Positions 30,797 through 40,207 of a DNA stretch of 64,000 nt are shown here, in pieces. The translations under genes were made by a program, and so were the position numbers. The stretch comes from Promethearchaeota archaeon (GTDB lineage Archaea > Asgardarchaeota > Lokiarchaeia > Sigyniarchaeales > SOKP01), in contig JAHPZI010000026.1 of the NCBI GenBank assembly GCA_019058295.1, positions 11,067-75,066 on the forward strand. Direction: 5' to 3'. Under the pieces are notes generated by a model. The model was not told the DNA's origin, did not search any database, and was given only the letters and a program-made list of their open reading frames with translations. Position 1 is the first letter of the stretch; each line of letters begins with the position of its first letter.

Positions 30797-32272
30797 ATGA
30801 GTGAAGAAAGGTTATATCAGCCAGATTTTTCTAGTATTTTTGGAAAAGAATTTTCAAACGCTTTTCTTTATGGTCAAATCGATTCCTTAGTTTGGCCTAT
30901 ATTTACGGACTTAGAAAAGTCTGACACATTGAAAAATCTTTTAAAACTCAAAGATAACGAAGGTCGTGGATATTTTTATCATAGAAATATAAGTCTAGAT
31001 GACGAAAAAATAGAATTAAATTGTTCAAATATAGATCTTGCGTTAATTCAAGCATTAGAATTAGGAAGAGAATATGGAATTCCAAACTCTAATGTTGTAG
31101 CAACCGTTAAAAAAGAGCCTAATTTATTTAGAGCTGTATTATCTTTTAATATATCTCAAATTTCCGATTCCTTATCGGAGCTTAAAAGTCTTGAAAAAGA
31201 GGTTAATGTAGTTGGAATTGTTTTTTATCCTTCTTATACTAAATCTGAAATAATTACAGACAATAGACCTTTTGATGATTTTTTAGAATATTGTAGAAAT
31301 AAAGATTATTTTATTAAGATTGATATTGGAAATCTAATGCTTCCTAAGAATTATCCGGAATTTACTTCATACATAAAAATCAAATCGTTTCTATCAAAAC
31401 ATCCTGAAAATATCGTCATTTTAAGTGGTTTGGATATTTCTGGAGATTTTAATCTATATTATCAATTGGTTAAACTATATAATAATGTATGGATTGAGAT
31501 TGATCCAAGATCCATTGGAGGTATGACTCCAACAGATTGTTTTAAAGAATTATTTTCAATTAAAGGTTTTATTCAAAATTGTTGGCATAGAATATTAATA
31601 GGAAGCGCAACTCCAACATTGGAAATCTCTCAAATGGTACGAGGTTTTTTAGAAGCAACAGAAGATCTTGCTTTCTCTCAAAAATGTATCTTAAGAACAT
31701 GGGGCTTTCGAAATGGCAATAGACTAAATTCATCAATCTTCTCTATTGAAAATATTGATTTAAAACAGTTTGAGACTATTATAAAAATTGATAATCCTTA
31801 TGTTCTCGAGAGTGAAAATGAAGTTAATCTCATTTACAACATTAAATTAAGAAGTTTCAGCATTACTCAATTAATCTTTTTAACTCAATTAATAAAAGAA
31901 GTTCTTAGTGATTCATTAAATAAATTTCCAAATTTACAAAATGGGGAATTTTTTATTAGAACTTATCATACCACCACCTCTTTAATCGTTAATGAACATG
32001 AATTTGGAAATTACCTTGATATGCATTATATGTTTGCCGAAATTACGAGAAAGGACAGCTCAAAGTCTTTACATACTGTTAGAGCATTAGAAAACCGAGC
32101 CGATTTTAATCCCCTTGACCATCAAATCGCTACAACTTATGGTCATAAACAATTAAATCTTCCTATTATAAAAAGAAATTTAGAAATTGGAAGCCGTGAA
32201 AACTTTTATATTCTAGTTACTTTTGGACCAAGAGTATTTCAACTTTATATTCAAATAAAACTACTAAAATAA
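30797..32272 (+). CDS. Fusion of a degenerate amidohydrolase-like barrel with a YjbQ/UPF0047 domain
   Basis: VGIVFYP, NNVWIEI, RILIGS; C-terminal HTTTSLIVNE, DH, LEIG, FGPR. Confidence 0.7.
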   Translation: MSEERLYQPDFSSIFGKEFSNAFLYGQIDSLVWPIFTDLEKSDTLKNLLKLKDNEGRGYFYHRNISLDDEKIELNCSNIDLALIQALELGREYGIPNSNVVATVKKEPNLFRAVLSFNISQISDSLSELKSLEKEVNVVGIVFYPSYTKSEIITDNRPFDDFLEYCRNKDYFIKIDIGNLMLPKNYPEFTSYIKIKSFLSKHPENIVILSGLDISGDFNLYYQLVKLYNNVWIEIDPRSIGGMTPTDCFKELFSIKGFIQNCWHRILIGSATPTLEISQMVRGFLEATEDLAFSQKCILRTWGFRNGNRLNSSIFSIENIDLKQFETIIKIDNPYVLESENEVNLIYNIKLRSFSITQLIFLTQLIKEVLSDSLNKFPNLQNGEFFIRTYHTTTSLIVNEHEFGNYLDMHYMFAEITRKDSSKSLHTVRALENRADFNPLDHQIATTYGHKQLNLPIIKRNLEIGSRENFYILVTFGPRVFQLYIQIKLLK

Positions 32273-32292
32273 AAAAAAAAAGAATTTATAAA

Positions 32293-35200
32293 TTATTTTT
32301 TAAACATTTCAACTATTTTTCGTCGCTTTAAGATTAATGCAACAGATACTAACGCGATTGCCATTAGTAAGAACGAAAGTTCATAACCATAGATTATCTC
32401 TGCCCCATCATCACTATCATCATCATCTCCACCCACAACAGGAATTCCACCTCGTGGACCCATAAATAACCATGCAACCATAACTAACAGGGTTCCATTT
32501 TGGTTATACACTTCTAAAGTTACATTATTATTTACAGTATCTTTAGTAAATTTTCCCATGGGAAATTCAGATAACGGGATATAATCCCAAATACCAGATT
32601 CAGGATGAGAGGGATTATATTGATATACAGCTAACCACTCGATTTTACTAACGGGATACCTTGCAGGTAAATCCATTTTAAATGTTAAATTATAGGCTTC
32701 ATTCGTATGATTTATACAGAATAAATCAGTGAAAAACATTGGATTACCATGTGCCGTAGACAATGAGCTGTTTACAGGATTATGATATAGCACCGCTTCG
32801 AAGAAACTAAGGTTACCGAAATAATCAACTGTTACAGTTGCGTTTATGTCAGGTATTATATAATTATCAAACTCAAAAGTTATATTATTAGGACCTGGAC
32901 CCCCATCATAATTTATGTATGTATATTCCTTTTTAAAAATATTAGCGATAAATGTCTCACCTTCGTAATTCGCAAATGTGTACCAATAATTAGAAACACC
33001 AGTATCTATGTCCAAATACCATTCAAGAAATGCCGAAAAACTAGGCGCCTCAGGACTAGTTATATCAATTCTCAAAATTTCAGTCGTATTTAATGTTACG
33101 ATTGGTTGTACTTCCCCTTCAAACATCATTTGTACAGCAAAAAAAGCGAGAAAGTCTCCAAAAGTCTCAGCAAGATCATATGATTTTATCCCTTTTGGGG
33201 TTAAGATTGGTACGAAAGAGCCTGATAGATTAAAATATTTAAAATAATCACCAATTGGAAATGGATAATAATTATTTGCTGCCCCTACTATAATAGTGTC
33301 ATTTGCATAGATATCAAGATCTGTGAGATCAACCCATTCACCTATTTGGACTCCATTATCATCACTTATAATATTCCATACCTCAATTTTTGCCCATACA
33401 TTTGAAAATGTTAACCAGGATTGAAAAACAGGTGGTCCCCCTTCATCTCCATTTCCATCATCACCACGAATTAAATCTCCCAGAAAAATAGCTGTTTGAT
33501 TAATATCTACTATTGTTACATTGACTTCGATTGTTGGTCCACCCCTAGGAAAGTTTGAACCAAAATAATAGCTATCGCCTATTTCCACACCCCATTCGAC
33601 TTTATCTGTGTGATTATAATTATTTACACTAATTGTTGTTAAATTAAATTCAACCATATTTCCAGAAAGATTGAATTCGACAGAAAAATCTGCTTTCATA
33701 ATGGTGCCATTATTGTAATAAGATAATGCCATATAGAAATCTGTATCAGTATCATTTAAAATTAAAGTTTGAGTAATTGTATTTACTTTAATCTCATCCC
33801 ATATTGGTAATCCAATATCCCTAGCCATTTTTGAACTGTAAAAACTCTCATTTAGAGCTCTTCCGATGGAAATCAAATGCAATTTTTTGAATCTCAGCGG
33901 TATAACACCTGGGAATCCCATTGAATGCTCAGATATATTCATATAAAATTTAGGATTAAAGGAAGAGCTGTAGTTGTATTCATTCAGAGAAAATTCATCC
34001 ATATTTTTAGGTTTCACTAGTTTTCTAACTATTGGATCCCAGTATAACATTTCAGCGTTTATTTGATTCATCCAACAAACCAAACCATCTCCTCTATCTT
34101 TATTAATTAAACCCATGGAAGTAACATTCATTATATAAAAATCAACGAATGGGAAGGTTACTATACCCATTTCTTCAGATATCTTTCCATGTAAAGTTCC
34201 TGTAGTTTCATAATACATTTCTTCCCCGATATTTATTTCAGATGACCAATTCCATTCTTCAGGCGCTCCTATTGCGTAAAATGATAAATGTTTACTATAA
34301 ATTTCAATCCTATTTTTAGTTGTATTAATTGTGTAATTTACATTTTCTGTCAGCTCAATCCATTCAGATTCATTGAAATGTTCAGATTCATTGAACATGT
34401 AGACTTTAATCTTTTTTTCAGGTATTCCTGAGTTATTCAATTCCCACTCGTCATATTTAATTGTTAAATTTGCCCATTCTACTAAATTCGACTTGTTTGT
34501 ATAAGCATCGATATATATTGTAAAATTCTCGATTTCTTCATAGAATGGGACTCCGGCAGCCTCAAAGGGATTTTCTTCTAAAACTGAGTAATATAACTCT
34601 ATAGTTGGAGTTCCGGTTGTTGTAAGGTTTAGCTGTACCTTATGATTTTCAACTGTTATTGGTTTGAAATCAAACTCATATTCTTCATCTACAATTGTTT
34701 TATTTTCTTTTCTAAACAGCATTCTTGAGATATAACCCTCTTCCTCTGTTAACCATAGATTTACAATTCCAGATTCATTCGTTTTTATGAGAAGACGAAA
34801 GTTTGCCTCAGGAAATAATATCTCTAATTCATTCTCATCCGGAACATCGGGAATTCCCCCTTCCATAGAGAAGTGATCTCCCATAAATTCTAAATCTTCT
34901 TTTTCTGTTGTATTTGGGAATACACCTACCATACCATTCTCAATTATGCTTGGGATGAATGGATAAAAATTATTCGCACTACCTAAAACTTGATTAGTTA
35001 TAAATAAATTGTAAGTTTCTGTTGTATCATCCCATATTGATATATTCCCAAGCACGTTCTGAAAAGTCATATTTATCGGACCCCAATACGTCATTACTTC
35101 TGCCATTGAATAGTTAAATCCATTTACATCAATTTTAAATTCTGAAAATTCAGGTTCTTCTTCACCACCTCTACTATCACTAAGACCATAATAGAACACA

Positions 35201-36039
35201 TCTCCTTCATCCACTCCCCAATCAATTTCATCTGTGATGTTATATTCATCAACTTTCTTAATTGTGTAATTATAAAATCGCCAATTAGATTCTTGATTTC
35301 CATCATCTTCCAAAATTAAGATGCATGCTTCTTGATATTCTAATTTATCATTGGAGTCATATTTAATTCGCACATAAAAATCACCTGTATAAAAATCTCC
35401 TGTACGATAAGGAACGGTATTATCATTATCTCCGAGGAAACTTATATTAAAACCACCCGTATTAGGAACTACAGAATTGAAATAATTCAACCTCCCCCAT
35501 TGATATGGTTCATACAAAGACTCATTCAATATATCTGCTATCACTGTAAAATCTTGTGTAGTACCATTTCTAGGAATAATAAATGGGGCGAATCCTCCCT
35601 CCGAAAAATAATATCTCTCGCGAGGAGTTCTTGAGTCATTATATCCAAACATAGCTAATGTATATGGTTCATGAAATTGTTTTAGAGAATCACTAACACA
35701 ATCATAATAATATTCTGTAGCAGTGACTCGTGAGACATTTGTAGCATCATAATTAGTGTAATCAAATGAAGTAATATTGATTATATGAATCGATTTAGAT
35801 GAAAAAATTAAATTGCCTGTTTCATTATCATATACTTCCATTTCCAATTCATAAATGAGCTGATCATCGACAGCAAACTCCCAATGCCACTCATTCCGAG
35901 GATCTACATAAGGATCTATTGGAATATTCTCATCTGCTTTTCCTGAAGGAATCAGGAATCCTAAGAGCATCGTAAAAGGTATAGCGACTGAAATAATTAA
36001 GATAATAGCTTGAACTTTTTTCTTTTTAGCTTCATTCAT
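32293..36039 (-). CDS. Large cell-surface glycoprotein, two tandem units, Loki-CTERM-like sorting tail
   Basis: Signal peptide, many NxS/T sequons, duplicated W.W..V..GE/WGV..GD modules, poly-Asp linker, IYGYE-TM-KRRK. Confidence 0.85.
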   Translation of the reverse strand: MNEAKKKKVQAIILIISVAIPFTMLLGFLIPSGKADENIPIDPYVDPRNEWHWEFAVDDQLIYELEMEVYDNETGNLIFSSKSIHIINITSFDYTNYDATNVSRVTATEYYYDCVSDSLKQFHEPYTLAMFGYNDSRTPRERYYFSEGGFAPFIIPRNGTTQDFTVIADILNESLYEPYQWGRLNYFNSVVPNTGGFNISFLGDNDNTVPYRTGDFYTGDFYVRIKYDSNDKLEYQEACILILEDDGNQESNWRFYNYTIKKVDEYNITDEIDWGVDEGDVFYYGLSDSRGGEEEPEFSEFKIDVNGFNYSMAEVMTYWGPINMTFQNVLGNISIWDDTTETYNLFITNQVLGSANNFYPFIPSIIENGMVGVFPNTTEKEDLEFMGDHFSMEGGIPDVPDENELEILFPEANFRLLIKTNESGIVNLWLTEEEGYISRMLFRKENKTIVDEEYEFDFKPITVENHKVQLNLTTTGTPTIELYYSVLEENPFEAAGVPFYEEIENFTIYIDAYTNKSNLVEWANLTIKYDEWELNNSGIPEKKIKVYMFNESEHFNESEWIELTENVNYTINTTKNRIEIYSKHLSFYAIGAPEEWNWSSEINIGEEMYYETTGTLHGKISEEMGIVTFPFVDFYIMNVTSMGLINKDRGDGLVCWMNQINAEMLYWDPIVRKLVKPKNMDEFSLNEYNYSSSFNPKFYMNISEHSMGFPGVIPLRFKKLHLISIGRALNESFYSSKMARDIGLPIWDEIKVNTITQTLILNDTDTDFYMALSYYNNGTIMKADFSVEFNLSGNMVEFNLTTISVNNYNHTDKVEWGVEIGDSYYFGSNFPRGGPTIEVNVTIVDINQTAIFLGDLIRGDDGNGDEGGPPVFQSWLTFSNVWAKIEVWNIISDDNGVQIGEWVDLTDLDIYANDTIIVGAANNYYPFPIGDYFKYFNLSGSFVPILTPKGIKSYDLAETFGDFLAFFAVQMMFEGEVQPIVTLNTTEILRIDITSPEAPSFSAFLEWYLDIDTGVSNYWYTFANYEGETFIANIFKKEYTYINYDGGPGPNNITFEFDNYIIPDINATVTVDYFGNLSFFEAVLYHNPVNSSLSTAHGNPMFFTDLFCINHTNEAYNLTFKMDLPARYPVSKIEWLAVYQYNPSHPESGIWDYIPLSEFPMGKFTKDTVNNNVTLEVYNQNGTLLVMVAWLFMGPRGGIPVVGGDDDDSDDGAEIIYGYELSFLLMAIALVSVALILKRRKIVEMFKK

Positions 36040-36152
36040 AAATTTTCAATCAAAATTTTTTATTAAATTTTTTAAAAATTTAATAATATTACTTATATTT
36101 AACAATTAATATATTTTTTAATAACAAAACTAACGAGAGATTTTAATCCTCA

Positions 36153-36206
36153 GGACCAAGAGTATTTCAGATATTTGTTAGAATTAAATTACTAAATAAG
36201 AGATAA
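36153..36206 (+). pseudogene. Relic copy of the 3' end of the YjbQ-fusion gene
   Basis: GGACCAAGAGTATTTCA identical to 32225-32241; translates GPRVFQIFVRIKLLNKR* versus GPRVFQLYIQIKLLK*. Confidence 0.75.
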
Positions 36207-36234
36207 TAAAAAAAAAAAATATTGTTTAATAATT

Positions 36235-38238
36235 TTATATTTTTTTACGTCGATTTAAGGTAATTATTACTGAAAATAGAGCGATTATTGCTATTAAGAT
36301 GGAAATATCATAACCAGGAATAATTTCACCCTCATCGTCATCATCGTCGTCATCACCTGCTCCAGGAAGGGCAGCGCCTGGTGGTATTGGCACTCCTATA
36401 GCAAAATAATTTGAGTTTGGACCCCCTTCAGCTGGAAAATATATATATATTACATTATTCACAGTATCAATTTCGTAAAACTCACTTGGGGCTGCCTCCC
36501 ACTTCATTGTTTCAAAGTTAAAAGCATATGGTCTTAATTTTGCTTCATTAACTCCTGCCGCAGTTAACGCTGCACCATCGTAATATATGGTCAAGTTAGC
36601 AGATTCAACTGCTTTGGTATTGTTTGTATAAACATCAAAGAAAAAGCGAACTGAAGCAGGAAGCTCCTCCTTAAAACGAAAATTTAATGGATTTTCTGGT
36701 AATAATGCCCAAAATAATCTGTAATCCTCACCGTAAGTCACATTTGTAGTTACATTTGCACGTAATTGCCAATTTGTGACTAAACTTGAATAACATAAAA
36801 AATCGGTTAGATTATTCGGTTCTAAGACAGTCGTTGTATTCTTATAAAAACTTATTATTTTTCCTTCTGGACCTTGTATTTTATAAAATTTCACTATGCC
36901 AGTTGCATTATCCGCTATTATTACGATTTCCGATATTTCATCACCATCTTCCAATCTTACTCTAAGTTCCCCGTTATTCTCAGTGAAATAGACTTTAGTC
37001 ATCTCTACCATTGGTGCCGTAATATTATTCAGCATAAATTTCCAATCGCTAAGCTTTGTATTTTTAGGAATAAAAAATAGTGGCAAGGGACCACCCTGGT
37101 AAAAAGGGAAATATGGATAGAGATTATTAGCTTGGTATATTAGAAAGTTTGTTTGTTGAGGATCCCATTTTTCTGATGTAAAATTCCATATAGATATGTT
37201 AACATAGATTCTGTAGAATGGCATAAAGCCTCCTGAGAAAAATTCGAACATAGGATCTGTAAATTGTTCTCTTTTCATTGCAGCAATATCTAATTTAAGT
37301 TCTAAGTCTCCCTCTTCTCCTGTATAGCCAAAATAGAATGTATCACCAACATCAAAATCCCATTCAATTTCATCGGTTATATTGATGCTAAATACTCTTC
37401 GCATTGTAATATTAACTATAGTATCTAAACTACCACTTTCACCTTGTACCAAGAAATAACCTTCAGCATATTTAAGAGTTCCATTATTATAAAAATACCA
37501 ATCCCAATAATATCCGTCAGTTGAATTTTTAAACCATATCTTATTCTCGCCTGGATCACTCCCACATAAGTCAAAATGACTCATGAAACCTCCCAAAGAC
37601 ATCATTTGTATATAAGTATTGTTTATAATATCATCCATTACATTAACATCAACATTCGCAAATTTCGAACCATTAACAGGAAGTAATATTGGTTGATAAA
37701 ATCCTTCCATTGCGGCATATTTCTCTGGAAAGAAGAGGTGAGTTCTATTATATCCGAACATAGCAAGTTGAAATGGAGGCACGTCTGGATTAGTTTCTAA
37801 TTGTTTGGTGGTATAGTTAAAAAATAACAAAGAACCATTCACACTCGATAAGATTTGTCCAGGTCCCATAAAATCTGTTGTTATATTTTCAAAAGAAGTA
37901 ATATTAACAATACTGAATTCTCTCATAGCCATAACTGCAGTAGTAAAATTTCGCATTGTAACATCCATCTCAAATATTAACTTTTCGCCTACATCCACAT
38001 CATCATGCCAAGTCCATTCATTTCTAGGTTCAATATGTGTGGCATTGGGTATGTCTGGACCTTCTACTTGTGGTGTATCATCAGTATCTTTGATTACTTG
38101 AAGATTTTTATCTCTACTTGATATCTCGTTTTCATCAGGAATATTTGCAACCATCGAATTAAAGAAAAATGCAGTCGGAAAAATAATAAGTAAGGTAAAA
38201 AGTATTATAATCCTTTTTTTCTGTTTTGTTTTATTCAT
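36235..38238 (-). CDS. Cell-surface glycoprotein, single-unit paralogue, Loki-CTERM-like tail
   Basis: PRNEW.W and NITDEI.W....GD.FY motifs shared with the neighbour; poly-Asp, IPGYD-TM-RRKK. Confidence 0.85.
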   Translation of the reverse strand: MNKTKQKKRIIILFTLLIIFPTAFFFNSMVANIPDENEISSRDKNLQVIKDTDDTPQVEGPDIPNATHIEPRNEWTWHDDVDVGEKLIFEMDVTMRNFTTAVMAMREFSIVNITSFENITTDFMGPGQILSSVNGSLLFFNYTTKQLETNPDVPPFQLAMFGYNRTHLFFPEKYAAMEGFYQPILLPVNGSKFANVDVNVMDDIINNTYIQMMSLGGFMSHFDLCGSDPGENKIWFKNSTDGYYWDWYFYNNGTLKYAEGYFLVQGESGSLDTIVNITMRRVFSINITDEIEWDFDVGDTFYFGYTGEEGDLELKLDIAAMKREQFTDPMFEFFSGGFMPFYRIYVNISIWNFTSEKWDPQQTNFLIYQANNLYPYFPFYQGGPLPLFFIPKNTKLSDWKFMLNNITAPMVEMTKVYFTENNGELRVRLEDGDEISEIVIIADNATGIVKFYKIQGPEGKIISFYKNTTTVLEPNNLTDFLCYSSLVTNWQLRANVTTNVTYGEDYRLFWALLPENPLNFRFKEELPASVRFFFDVYTNNTKAVESANLTIYYDGAALTAAGVNEAKLRPYAFNFETMKWEAAPSEFYEIDTVNNVIYIYFPAEGGPNSNYFAIGVPIPPGAALPGAGDDDDDDDEGEIIPGYDISILIAIIALFSVIITLNRRKKI

Positions 38239-38396
38239 ATTTTTTCAGCAAAAAATTTTTTTTTTAGATTTTTTTAAAAATTAGTTAAATAAAAAATAGT
38301 TTGTTTAAGTTTTTATACTTTTCAGTAGTATTTTTATGTAAAATTCGATTAAAGATATTGGTAAAAATTAGAAATTTTTCGATGTACCCCATGCAA

Positions 38397-38486
38397 TTCT
38401 CATATTTAAATCTATTTATAATTCATTCATAAAATTTTGAATTTATTTTGAAAAATTGGAAAAAATCAAACATTTAAATATGAGAA
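38397..38486. repeat. 15-bp perfect inverted repeat in a divergent intergenic region
   Basis: TTCTCATATTTAAAT (38397-38411) and ATTTAAATATGAGAA (38472-38486). Confidence 0.75.
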
Positions 38487-38663
38487 AAGGGTATAGATCT
38501 TAGACATTTTTTTTCATCGGATGATTTTATATGATCAATTATCTATTTGTTTCAAAGACTATTTTAATAAAAAATCATCTAGGTTATTTTTTTTATTTAA
38601 AGGAAAATTAAGTTTTTAAAATCTGTAATTATAATAACTTATCAATAAGAATATATTAAATGT

Positions 38664-40130
38664 ATGATCTATAAAAGCGATAAAATGTCGGATGACGAAG
38701 AAGAGGAAAAAAACAGCAAAACAGAAAAGGATGTGGAGAAAGTAGATAAGGAATTCTTATCGAAAGCTAAAAATTCAAGAGATATGATTGATAAAAAGTT
38801 GAGAACATTTGAAAACACGATAACAGATATTTCAAAGACTAAGGAGGATAAGGATAAAAACAGAGAAGAGGACAAAAAAGAAAAACCTCAAATTCAAGGA
38901 GATCTAAATGAAGTACAGAGTCAATTTGAATCCATTTCAAAAAAAATAGATGACAAAAAGGACTATTTATCGGCTTTAGAAGTAAAAATTGCTGCGCTTG
39001 AAGAGAGTTATAATCGAAAAAATGAAGAAAATATCAATATAGAAGAACAGTTAAAAATTACTAGAGAAAGTAAAGAGACTTTAGATGAGGAATATAAAGA
39101 ACTATTGAGAAATAACGAACAATTAGTAAAAACATATGAAAATAGACAAGTCGATCTAATTGTTCTTACAGACAGTATCAAGGAAAAAGTTACAGCTCAA
39201 GACGATCTAAGAGCAAAGATTGCGAAATTAAACAAGGAAGTTGAGGAAAATGAAAACAATCTTGTTAAGCAAAGAGAAGAAGCGGAAATGATTGAGCAAA
39301 AATTAAAAAGTCTTAGAACTGAGAACGATTCTCTTAAAGTATCAATTGATAAAAATAAAATTGAATATCAACATATTGAAAAATTAGCTGAGGCAAAAGA
39401 AGAAGAATTAAAGTTATTAAACGAACAATTAGACAAAAAAGAAGATAGAATAAAAGAGATTGAGGCACTGCTAAAGGAATATAGCGAAGGATTTCCTGAA
39501 AAGGAAAAACAAAAGCAAACATATGACGAACTTCTTGAAAAATATAAAGTTCAACTTACGGAGAAACAACAAGATTTGATTGGTATTGAATCACGACTAC
39601 AATCATTAAATGAAACAGTAGAATCTCTTGAGGAACAGATTTCTAAGAAAACTGAAGCAATTGAAGTAAGTGAGAAAAGATTAACAGATATTAAAAATGC
39701 AATTGAAGATTCAACAACAGAATATAATGAACGAGAAGAGCGCCTTGTTGCTACAACTGAGAAGTTAGAAACTTTTAAAGAAGAATATGATAAATTGGTT
39801 AAAAATAAGGAAGTAATTGAGGAAAGTATCAAGGATTCTCGAGAACTCTTTCAAAAATTAAAAACAGAATTAGATGCTCAAGAGAAGGAGATAAGAGATA
39901 AAGAATCAAGAATTTCTCGATTGGGTTTTATGTCAACTATATTTAGGATTTCTAAAGTTTATGGGGGGCTAATTATTGGATTAGGATTTATTCTTATAAT
40001 AATAAGTATTGCATATCTCCTTAATATCATGAATGTTGGACCAGGAACTAATTTCATGAGCTTTTTAATATTAATAATAGCTGCTGGAGCTATAATAGCT
40101 TCAGGTTTGCTACACTATGTAAAATCTTGA
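38664..40130 (+). CDS. Long coiled-coil protein with two C-terminal TM helices
   Basis: About 350 aa of E/K/L heptads, no ATPase motifs, two hydrophobic helices at the C-terminus. Confidence 0.85.
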   Translation: MIYKSDKMSDDEEEEKNSKTEKDVEKVDKEFLSKAKNSRDMIDKKLRTFENTITDISKTKEDKDKNREEDKKEKPQIQGDLNEVQSQFESISKKIDDKKDYLSALEVKIAALEESYNRKNEENINIEEQLKITRESKETLDEEYKELLRNNEQLVKTYENRQVDLIVLTDSIKEKVTAQDDLRAKIAKLNKEVEENENNLVKQREEAEMIEQKLKSLRTENDSLKVSIDKNKIEYQHIEKLAEAKEEELKLLNEQLDKKEDRIKEIEALLKEYSEGFPEKEKQKQTYDELLEKYKVQLTEKQQDLIGIESRLQSLNETVESLEEQISKKTEAIEVSEKRLTDIKNAIEDSTTEYNEREERLVATTEKLETFKEEYDKLVKNKEVIEESIKDSRELFQKLKTELDAQEKEIRDKESRISRLGFMSTIFRISKVYGGLIIGLGFILIIISIAYLLNIMNVGPGTNFMSFLILIIAAGAIIASGLLHYVKS

Positions 40131-40207
40131 GAAAAGATTAATTTTTAGCTACTTTATAATTAATGATTAAATAGAAAAATTAATTATTGATACAGTTGTA
40201 AAAAGGT

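Noticed and set aside
38664-40130. SMC/Rad50 call for the coiled-coil protein
   Set aside because: No Walker A/B, signature or hinge; C-terminal TM helices present
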